64,000 nt of DNA. It comes from Octopus vulgaris. Taxonomy: Eukaryota. The DNA is taken from contig OX597818.1 of the NCBI GenBank assembly GCA_951406725.2, positions 5,828,001 to 5,892,000 of the forward strand, given 5' to 3'. The notes under the pieces were generated by a model. It ran no database searches. It worked only from the letters and a program-made list of their open reading frames with translations, and had not been told where the DNA came from. The position numbers and the translations under genes are program-made. Every line of letters begins with the position of its first letter. Within the stretch, counting starts at the first letter, position 1. Of this stretch, positions 53,282-64,000 are shown in pieces.

Positions 53282-53410
53282 AAGTCGACCCCAGTACGTA
53301 ACCTATCGCCTACAAAACGATGAAAGGCATCGGAAAAAGTTGAAACCAGGCGACAGAAAGCTGGAATGATTACTACAAATCAATTTATCCGGCGATCTAA
53401 CGAATCTATG
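53282..53410 (-). mobile_element. Degenerate Meta-type SINE fragment
   Basis: tcgaccccagtacgtaac..gatgaaaggca..ccggcg..ctaacga, related to 46065-46218. Confidence 0.5.
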
Positions 53411-53504
53411 TATAGCTAGCATATATTCGTCTCTCTCATTCTTTCTCACTTCCTTTCTCTCTTTCCCTCTCTCTCTCTCTATCGATGTATATATGTGTGT
53501 ATCC

Positions 53505-53557
53505 GTTAATATATACATACACACACACATACATACATACATACATACATACATACA

Positions 53558-53592
<35 letters not shown>

Positions 53593-53593
53593 G

Positions 53594-53670
<77 letters not shown>
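53505..53670. repeat. (TACA)n/(TA)n microsatellite
   Basis: Visible run. Confidence 0.96.
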
Positions 53671-53672
<2 letters not shown>

Positions 53673-53910
53673 TGGCACTCTCTCGGATACGACGACGAGG
53701 GTTCCAGTTAATCCGATCAACCGAACAGCTTGCTCGTGAAATTAACGTGCAAGTGGCTTGAGCACTCCACAGACGCGTGTATCCTTAACGTAGTTCTCGG
53801 GGAGATTAAGCATGACACAGAGTGTGACAAAGCTGGCCCCTTAAAATACAGGTACAACAGAAACAGGAAGAAAGAGTGAGAGAAAGTTGTGGTGAAGGAG
53901 TACAGCTAGA
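53671..53910. mobile_element. SINE-like interspersed repeat
   Basis: GC-richer block abutting (TA)n, recalled as a common octopus repeat (gcctgctcgtgaaattaacgtgcaagtggctgagcactccacagac). Single copy here. Confidence 0.45.
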
Positions 53911-54179
53911 AACCTTGGTATCCCATAATCCGACCGATGGCAACACTGGACTAATATAGTGTTTTTACACTTTTTTACCATGAGAGAAATTTTCTCCAAG
54001 GCAACTCTAGTGAATTTGCTTTTAGCATTTGAAATACATCTCAAACATATTTTAACTAACCCAAAGCCTATATATAAATACATGCATGTGTGTGTGTGTG
54101 TGTGTGTGTGTGCATACATATTGATTATATTTTTGGTGTTCAACGGTCAACATAGAAAATAACCCCAAAAAGTATGTTC

Positions 54180-54344
54180 AGGTGCAGGAGTGGCTGTGTG
54201 GTAAGAGGCTTGCTTTCCCAACCACATGGTTCCCGATTCAGTCCCACTGCGTAGCATCTTGGGTAAGTGGCTTCTACTATAGCCTCGGGCTGACCAAAGC
54301 CTTGTGAGTAGATTTGGTAGACGGAAGCTGGAAGAAGCTTGTCG

Positions 54345-54390
<46 letters not shown>

Positions 54391-54595
54391 TATGTATGTA
54401 TATGTGTGTGCACTTGTGTGCTGGGTTTGTCCTTCCACCATCGCTGGACACCTTAAATTAGCAGTTCGACAAAAGAGACCGATAGAATAAGTACTAGCCT
54501 TACAAATAAGTCCTGGGATCGATTTGTTCGACTAAAGTTGGTGCTCGAGAATGGCCGCAGAAAAATGATTGAAACAGGTAAAAGAATAAAAGAAT
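54180..54595 (+). mobile_element. CORE-type SINE, near full length
   Basis: ggtgcaggagtggctgtgtggtaag..ttcagtcccactgcgt..gagaccgatagaataagtactag..gaaacaggtaaaagaataaaag. Confidence 0.9.
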
Positions 54596-57500
54596 ACATT
54601 CATACGTATATGTTTGTCTTCATTAGATTGGCAAAAACTTTTCTAAACTAGAAATTCCTTATTCTCAATTTCTGTTTTATCTCCCTCTCAGCAGTGATGC
54701 ATTGCCTTGTGAAAAGAATGAAAGATCCATGAGCGTGTCTCATTTCCAACAATGTCTTATTCTACATGTCTTTATCTAATGTTTCTACATCAAGAACTCT
54801 AAACCAGATGAAACATTATTAGAATGTATTTTCTGCGTCATTTTAGTTCTTTGGACCGCCTAATGACTCATTACGTTTATATTGAACCTGTCACCTATGC
54901 CTTGAGATCTCCATGGACTTACACTAAAAGTTCTTGTCATGAAAACGACAAATGTTTGAGCATAGAAATGCCTAAGAATAAATATGCTCAACTTCGCAGG
55001 TTTCTGAATTTATTACAAATACAATGTCGCAACAATCGTAAGGTCGCAAAATTTCTTGAGAATCTTTTATAATGATATCAAATATGCTTAAGTCTAATAT
55101 ACTCCTTTACGTCTAGAAATATTTTTACAAGAATAAAATTTCAGTTGAGGATTTTTTACAACTGCAAAATCAAACTTTATCGATGATGGCAAAAACAATT
55201 GATTAGTATGTTTGGCTTTATGCACAAAATGTGTTTCTGTCGGCCCTCAAGCAACTAATCAGATTCATTATTTAACATATGTACTGTTCCATATTTCCCA
55301 CTACTTCACCTGCACACAGTGGCATTTACACTTCTATAAAGCAAATCACCCGTTCGAGCTATAGATCTCTAACACTCTATTCGCCTTCTATCCTTATTCC
55401 TGAATAGTAAACTTATAATTATCCTGACTAGTAAACTTGTAACTATCTACAAGAAAGTCTGCTAAGGGTCAACAATGTTTATAAATATTTCTCCTATGCT
55501 TTCTACTAATAAATTTATTAATTTGTTATTACTTAAGACGACGGTTTCAAACCAGCCATCATTGTGCATATGTTACTGCCTTTGTACAGCAAAGAACCTG
55601 ACTAACATTACCTGTAGATGTACTGTTGTTTAGAATGAAATATCTGACACTACTCACCATGCTCAGTATGCGATATAATTTCAAGTGATGGATCAGTTTA
55701 TGATTCATCACTCTGAAGCAGGTGGCACGTGTCAGTATATAAAGTGTCACAAAGCTCTGAAGACAAATAGAAAGAGCCGCGTAGGAAAAATGTGATTCAT
55801 GCAGGAAATTAGTTAATTTCAGAATACATTTCAAAAGTATCACAACGTCATAATATTTTGTTTCAATCTGATAATCAAAGTCATGTTCCAAACAAGCAAC
55901 TTCAGTACATCATCTAAATACTTTTCAAATATATTTAGTCTATCATGCAGCTGCTGGTCTGAATGTTACTTAACGCAAATAGGCTAATTTATATTTACAT
56001 TTATAATATATTAACGCAAAATATAAATAAATATAAAACGTGAACATGGCAATGTACACAATGGGAATCCTTAATTGTTACGCACAAGGATATGAGGATT
56101 ATTTTCTCAACAGCTTTAGATAGCTTGCCGATTAAATGACATTTAATCATTATCACAAATAAATATTTCCATGAATTATTACGTTGAGTGAGTTTTCGTA
56201 TCATCCCGGGATATTCACTATATGAGTTCACTGTATTTACTTTCAAATGTCTCATGATGTTAGTTTAAACGTAAGATGTATTTCCATTTTAAATGTTTGA
56301 AATATTCAACTAAATTTTCTGAGAAAATTTTAGCATTAATAATCTACTGAGGTTAAAATGCATAGGAGTAATCTCCAACGAGATCAGTTATAGTAGCATG
56401 CTTATTATCTCATCGTTCTGTTATAAAAGCTTAATATTTTTACAAACCAGATACATTAAAATTGGATCACATACAACTAGTTACAATTTAATTCTTACAT
56501 ATCCTTTTCAATAGTATACAGTATGTCGCTTAATTGTTTATAAGACGCAGATACTGTATATATTTGATCACAATTAAATGTTATTTTCTCAGCTCTGTTT
56601 CCTTGTTATAAAATAAACTATAGCTTGTATAAGTAACTAAAGACATATCTTAGATAGATGAAAGTATGTTTAGTTGTATATTATATCTAAATTACATAAA
56701 GTTTAAATGAAAGATTACTATTTCGAAAGAAATTATTTCAGAGAATGAGTATAGTGTGTAGGCAGCCGCGTTTTTTTTTTTGAGTGGTGTATAACTGCAA
56801 ATGTATAGAAAGAAACATTATGCTAATTTTAGAACGATAAAAGTGATAAGTGTCCGTTAGGCTCGTAATCAGGTGGTATAGTAAATAATGTTCTGCATAT
56901 CAGTTTTAAAAATGTGCCATCAAAAGGTAATTACAGAATTATTATTTCGTGTATTGTAATATCTCATTAGATGTAAGCCTTGGTGCACAGTAAGTATTTG
57001 AAAATTATATACATCCTAAAAAGAAAGATTTTACGTACATACTGTATAGAGATTTTACGTATCACACATATAAACATTAATGATAGATAAATAGGATTAG
57101 TTGACTTTCATATTGGTCAAACGATACATACCTTTGTAAATTGAAGAAACACATAAAACCAACAGTCAATCGGTATATTACAAAGACTTATAATATCTTT
57201 GTTATTGAAATATTTGGTAGATATTTTCTATTTGACGCTTTTACAACGTAATATAGGCAGCTATTAGATCTAATATTGTAATATTAATCGATGTCACATA
57301 GATTTATAGGATATTCAGCGAGCAAGGCCAGCACTGGAAGATACCAATAAATTTGATATTATTCACAAATGAATAAACCTCTACCTATAAAAGCAGAGGG
57401 GAACGAAATAGGATACGTATCCTAAAAGGAGGAAATAGAGAAAAATATGCGTAAACGAAGAATTAATTCTGGTGTTTACGGTAAAGTTACCAAGTTACCC

Positions 57501-58144
57501 GAGGCAACGACAGAATAGTAGCAAAATGACAATCATGGAAAAAACTTTCCTTTGAGCAGATGTCATAATTTTATATATTTGCAATATTTGCAATGTCTAC
57601 AGCTTCCCTTCGGTGTTCTACTGGCTGCAATTATTAAAAAAGATTCACATCGGATTTGTCATTGTTGATGTCATAGAAAAAGTTTATATCAGCCACTACC
57701 AATGGAAATTTTTTCCAATATTTTTTCTCCGCATAGTTTCTGCTATACTTTTTACAGAGTGACTTTCTATGTACATATACTCTCTCTCTCTCTCTCTCTT
57801 TCATTTTCATACATACCTACTTGCAGACAACTGCACATAAACGTATGAATCAGTGCTCAGGTTAACATATCTAGAATCTAGCTAAAATGCTGGGATGCCC
57901 CACCCTCTTAAATTACAATAGAAAATAGGTAGAGTTTCAGTCGAGGTGGTATGTGTACAGTAGAATAATGATACAGACATGCAAACAACTGGTAATGTCA
58001 AAATGGATGTTAACGGAGCTTAGATCAGAGGAGATCAATAAAATATCCGTCAAGGTATGTTTATGTTGCTTGGCATGTATGTTGTTTTCTCCTGGAAATT
58101 TTATAAGCAAAGCTCGTATTATTGATATTAAAAAAACAGATTAA

Positions 58145-58730
58145 GGTAGGTCATCGTAGTTGGAAGCGAACGTTGGACGAGAAGACGTGACGAAAATCCC
58201 TTATAGCTTTTTCAAAAATAGATGCTCAATTGGTACAATTTCCTGTAATTAGACCGTAGAAAGCACTTCAGTGTAACTTATTCCATCCTCGGAGTCTTTT
58301 ACATCCCTGTTTTATACTGTCCGTTTATGTCAGATTCATACCAACGTTGACAAAACTGGTATTTATTTTTGATTGGAGTTTGCCGATATTTCTCTATTGG
58401 ACAAGTCTCCTATGGTCCTCATCTTATTCCCATAGAGTCAGCATTAAGCAATAGTCAACTACTGCATTTAAATTACTAGGATGCGATGCATAATTGCCTT
58501 CCTTATGCGCAGAGTGGTAACTGGGGAATACATTTTCGTGGACCAGCCAAAAGAGCATCATAAACTCTCTGAATCAGGAATTTTATCCAAAAGTGCTCAA
58601 CTCTCCAAACTCAGACCTCCTCATTTCATGTTTCCAACTTTTTCTTTCCATGAAAGTCCTATTTCACACAGAATAGCATCACTGTTGTTGCAGAGAGTTC
58701 ATTCGAGACAAGAGATGTCCCTTTTTTTGG
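58145..58730 (-). mobile_element. Possible degenerate RTE-clade LINE 3' fragment
   Basis: Weak reverse traces IGLSWKEKVGN, LYG, DSIKQGCK, RSNYRKL. Confidence 0.4.
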
Positions 58731-59284
58731 CCTATCAACATTATTATGAATTACTCCGAATTAACCCTTTTATTGTTTTCACCTGAGGAAATTCATTAGA
58801 GTAGGCAGAATTCATATAAAAATTTATAATAAAAAGAGATGGAACGAACAGGTTTTAATCACAAGCACAAAGATTTGTTTCTGAGCATTGTTAACAGCTG
58901 TTGCTGTGTCTTCCATATATTATTATATAAATATTATATAAATAAATATGATCCAACAGTAGATGTGTACCTACAAATCAATATTTATACATGAATATAT
59001 GTTTGTTTATATATATATATAATCAAAAAGGGTAATAACATAGGTTCTGTTTTGCTAGAAAGAGGTAGAAACTGATCAGTCCGGGATATATCGTTAATGG
59101 TAAGTGTTTTTGATTTTCACTCTCTCCATGAATTTATCCCTCTTTGTGTCTCTAACACTAAGCTTCCTTATTTGGGAGCTTTTTATTATATATATATATA
59201 TATATATATACTAAACATATATATGTGTGCCTGTGCGTGTGTAATCATAAACGTATGCATGCACGCATCCAAACACACACACAA

Positions 59285-59465
59285 CTGTTGTAGTTGTGTT
59301 AGTCAATGGACTGTGATCATGCTAGGACATCAATTTCAAGGCTCTAGTGAGACGTGCAAATTGTACATTTTTTCCTCACAAAACTGGTATATATGTTTTC
59401 AATCTCATTTCTTGAGACAGCTTATTTGCTGACATATAAGTTACCTGCACCGGTGTACACCCGGG
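59285..59465 (-). mobile_element. Degenerate CORE-type SINE 3' fragment
   Basis: tgtgttagtcaatggactgtgatcatgctagg..ctggtat..taagttac. Confidence 0.5.
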
Positions 59466-60338
59466 GGAAAATAAGCAAATATAGATAGATAGATAAATAA
59501 ATACATGAATACATACAAATACACACAAGTCTTCCGCGGAAGGACAGTTTTCAAAATACGTTTGGAAGCGTTTTAACTGTTCAAAATACCAACGACCCAA
59601 CTCTTCTTGATCACTAAATAATCAATTAATAGCGACTAAATATCTCACACATCCTATCCTAACTAAAGTAAAAAAGAAATGACAGGCTCGGTATCTTCTC
59701 ACTAGTTTCAACGTATTTTGGTAAAACATCGGCAACTGGAATTCCTTTAACTATAGATTTGACCGATGATAGTTAACGTAGTTTAGATAGTAGCACCAAC
59801 AACAAAAGCAACATGATAATAACTACTTATTATCTCATTGATTTGTGTTGAAGGGATGTGTGAAGCATAGTAAATAAATCTTCTGACAATCGTAATGATA
59901 TGCAATCAGTCAAAAAACCGATTCAAAATTATTATTTTTATTCCATATCAAAATAATTATCTTTGCTCATTAAAAGTTCCTGGAAAAATAACTCTAACAC
60001 ATCATATTATCGGCTTTCTAGAGAACAATTTCAGCTAAATATATATGCAATGTGAATTTATTAAATAATAGAGACATTGTTATTCTCTGTGTCGACATGT
60101 TACTGATACGCTTATAAGCAGTCTTTTATGTGTACAATTATGGTTAATGACTTCACATCTGTTTATTTTATAGATGTAATACACACATTAGCACCTCAAA
60201 ATATTTATTATAACCTGGAAAATACTTGAACTTAGAATGATATTTGTTACTAGACTCATTTCTGCAATAAATCAAAATTTTACTTACGTGATATCACTAA
60301 CAGCTACGTTTATTGATATACGTGCAATATTTGTAGAG

Positions 60339-60450
<112 letters not shown>

Positions 60451-61689
60451 TATACATAAATATTTTTTGAGAATAGAGATTCATTAGTGTTATGCAATTT
60501 TCCTCAAATTTACGTTCCGTTTTGTAGTACGGAAATATTACTACATAGATAAATATTTGAAAAATACGAGTAGGCAATCAAAAAATTATAATTCTGATAT
60601 AATTTAATATTCAAACTAAATGAAAATACTATAGAATATATATTTCGAAAAATTTTACAAACGATTCGATATTACATGATATCGTATATCGATAAATTAT
60701 TCTTTACAAGTTACCGAATTCATAAATATGCTGCTAGAAATTATAAATTAAACATGCAAATTTTATGTGAAAGTGCAATATGTATATTTTACCATTCTAT
60801 GATGTTAACAAGCAAGCTACCAGTATTAGAAATACTCACCTTAATTTCTATTCTAAATGAATGACGTAAGAGACTTCGGTAATTGCATGTTTCCAGTTAC
60901 CTAGACTATAATTTATTTCAACCTTGATTGATATAAGTCAGCATTTTATGATAAAGTGGTCAATAAAAGTTCTACTTGATTATATATGAAGGGAATAGCG
61001 AAAAGAAAACAAAAATGCATGCTTATTCTTTGCGACTTAGATTGGGAAAAATTATTAAATATGTGTTGGCAATCAAAGAGTTAAATTTAGAAAGGAGTTG
61101 ATATACAATAATAAAAAATGTGATGTCCAATATAGAATAAGAAACAGCTGTTCTATTTTACTGTGAAAGTAATAATGTATCTCCAAATCTCTATTTCTCT
61201 GCAAACATTTCACAAAATAAGTATAAAAAATTTATTCAATAACTTTTTTCGCATCGGATTTTCTATTCCATCAGATTTGTAACTATTAAGGCTCCACTTT
61301 CGCTGCCTCCTGGACATTCATCTCTACACATATTTCCTTTAAAAAATATTAAAATGTATCCCCTCACAACCTACCAGGGACCATATCTTACACTCCGGGT
61401 GCGAAAATATCATCTGTTACGTCAAACAACAAGGCTACTAACCTTGGTAATATCCCGATCTTTACAGTGAAATATTGTGCTCCAGAGGATGCTAGTATAC
61501 TTACTACTAAGTTATTCAATCATACATACATAAGTAATACATACATACATACGTACGTATGTACATATGTGTGTACGTTATTGTTCAGTTTTATTTCCAG
61601 ATTTTTTTGCGGATAGAGAAAGAGTCGATAACTAACCTAGATTCAAGGATCTTTCATTGGAATTTGAACATCAACAGCAGCGCATTATT

Positions 61690-61762
61690 GTATGTATGTA
61701 TGTATGTATGTATGTATGTATGTATGTATGTATGTATGTATGTATGTATGTATGTATGTATG
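61690..61762. repeat. (TATG)n microsatellite
   Basis: Visible run. Confidence 0.96.
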
Positions 61763-61839
61763 TGTGCAGATCTTTATGTTTTGCTTTATGTTTCTATTCT
61801 TATGCATATAGTTGCATAATTCGTTTCTCGAACGCGACA

Positions 61840-62855
61840 AGCATAACAAGACTGACACGAAGTCAGAGGGAGCAAGCCATTGGATGTCTTCATGCTGGTA
61901 AACGTCCATGAAATATTGCTAATGACTTGAACTGAGGTATTCTGACAAATGAGCGACTGAGGGAATGATACAATACCACAAACTGCATGGCTGATCGTCC
62001 ACGCAATGGTCAACCGCAGGTTATAACAGTACGTCAAGATCACCACCAGCATCGACAGCACTTTGAGGACCAATTCGGGAGGGTAACGAAATCAGCTAGT
62101 CAGATCACAGGGGCTCACCACAGACCCATTTGTACAGAGACAGTTTTTCCCCAGCTAAGATATTTCAATCTGTCTTGTCGACATCCGGCTAGGGGCCCCA
62201 TCATCACAGATGGTCATCGATGGGCACGTTTACAGTGGGCTCATAAACGTCAGAACTGACGATATCAGCAGTAGAAGACTGTAGTCTTCTCTGAGAAAAA
62301 AGTTGTTATTACATTTCTATGGTAGATGGCAGAGCTAGGGTTTGGAGAAAGAGTGAACGTCATGCCGATAGCTATGTGGTAGAGAGAGACTCACTGGGAG
62401 GACAGAATATCATGTTATGGGGCGGGATTGCACTCAACTAGAACCTTGGATCGATGGTCTTCTAAAACATCGACCAAGGCCGGGCCAATGGTGTAACCGC
62501 TTCTAGCTACATCGACCAAATTTTGAGGCCTCACATTATGTCATATTTTGCCCGTCATCGGAATCACATATTCCAACACAATAACGCCCATGCTCATACT
62601 GCCAGGCTGACAGCAGACTTTCTTCAGCAGCACAACATCAAGAAACTGAAATTGCCTGCCGTAATAGAGCACCTTTGGGATGAAATCCAAAGAAGGCTAA
62701 ATGGCATTCGTCCAAGGCCGACAAATACGGCACAACTCACTGCAAGCTTTAACAGTGTGGGCTGCTATCCCCATGACCTTTATCAATTATTTGCTGCATT
62801 CAATGTACAGAACCTGCCCGACGGTAATCAACGCTGACTGCGATCACACGATCCG
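61840..62855 (+). pseudogene. Tc1-family (DD34E) transposase pseudogene
   Basis: RLTRSQREQAIGCLHAG, ADRPRNGQPQVIT, HRWARLQWA, VVFSE, DGRARVWR, IMLWGGI, YIDQILRPH, IFQHNNAHAHTAR, IEHLWDEI. Confidence 0.9.
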
Positions 62856-62869
62856 TTGGGTTAATCTCT

Positions 62870-63220
62870 TTGGTTCCAAGACACTCCGTTTGCCTTCAAA
62901 CAGAACGGAGGGTGTTTTTTCTTTATCTTTCTCGACCAGATTTAGTTAGAACATCTCTCTGGTGTATCTGATATTGCTGTTAGGGATTTGGCCCTGTTCT
63001 TTCCAGACACCGAGAGTTATTTCATTAGATCGTGAGCAGATTTTCCCGCAAAAACGTCTGGTTCTACATCCCATGACGAGAATTTTCACTCGGAATTTCC
63101 TTCCTCCCAGCTTACCCTTCAGACTGTCATATTTTTCACTGTTGAACACAAGTGCTTCTTCTGTTCTACTTTCAACCGGGACGGTAAATTCTATCAAAAT
63201 CAGTTGCAGCCTATTGGAGA
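62870..63220 (-). mobile_element. HERO/NeSL-like RLE non-LTR 3' fragment
   Basis: LILIEFTVPVESRTEEALVFNSEKYDSL..G..FRVKIL resembles LIELTVPWE..IEEA..RK..KY..L. Confidence 0.62.
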
Positions 63221-64000
63221 AAGGTACAAATAATAGTTTATTAAAGAACAAGAGTTTAGATATTACATTTACCAGTATCTATCTTATCAAAAATGTGTAA
63301 AATTTGTGCCTTAATTACAATGTGAGAATATTTAATTTTATATTACATGCATCATAGCAAAGTTACCGATCTCATTTACTCTGTTATATTGTTAGTGTTA
63401 CTCGGATATAGACAAACAAGTTTTATAACTATTCTAGCTTAGCGCTTATTTACATTTCTATATTCCATCAAACGAGATTAATCATATATCGCTGATTCAG
63501 TTCTATGGATTTAGTAATAAGCATTTTAACAAGGAGAAAACAAAATGTAGTTATTGATAAATTATGATCAAACTTTGGCAATATTCAGCATAGATCTTCT
63601 AGATTTGCGTCAGCTATGACAGTAGGGGCCAAAAGGCAAGCAAGCATACAAGATAAACATCAACAACAAATAAGCAAATTTATGATATAAAGATACAATA
63701 AATTTGTATCGATGTCTTTATAAGTACGTGTTCATACGCAAACACAATTATATACATGTGTTTATATACACATACGCACCCTTACACGCATATACACTCT
63801 CATGTATGAGTAGAAAGACTGATAAATTATAAAGGCACAAAAAGTACATTCATATGAAAAGTTTGATATTCAAATTACACGATGTAATTAAGTAATTAAC
63901 TTTACAGCTTTTTCAGATACTCGATGACTGGCGGACAAAACCATGCATATTATGCATAGAAGACCAATATCGAGTGAATAGTGTAGGAATACGTAAAAGC

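Noticed and set aside
55559-55891. 110-aa ORF in a repeat-poor region
   Set aside because: Non-ATG start, no recognisable motif, length expected by chance.

Overview
AT-rich, microsatellite-saturated eukaryotic DNA, most likely an octopus genome (inferred from recalled tRNA-derived SINE families, not from a search). I found no host protein-coding exon, rRNA, tRNA gene or CRISPR array. Most ORFs in the track are microsatellite artefacts or transposon relics. DNA transposon relics: three mariners (one full length with TIRs), Tc1, maT/DD37D, hAT, an internally deleted Chapaev3 with TIRs and TTA TSD, MITEs and a Helentron-like element. Retroelement relics: Gypsy, RTE, L1/Tx1, HERO-like, many R4/Dong-like fragments sitting in (AAT)n, and two SINE families. 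The most interesting signal is about ten type I hammerhead-ribozyme-like motifs from several unrelated Penelope-like element (PLE) ends, mostly next to (TA)n tracts. Several are folded back into long inverted repeats, two families carry a compensatory U3-A8 core, and two elements keep a linker plus GIY-YIG endonuclease but no reverse transcriptase (one as a 300-codon stop-free frame). All alignments and folds were done by eye and boundaries are approximate.
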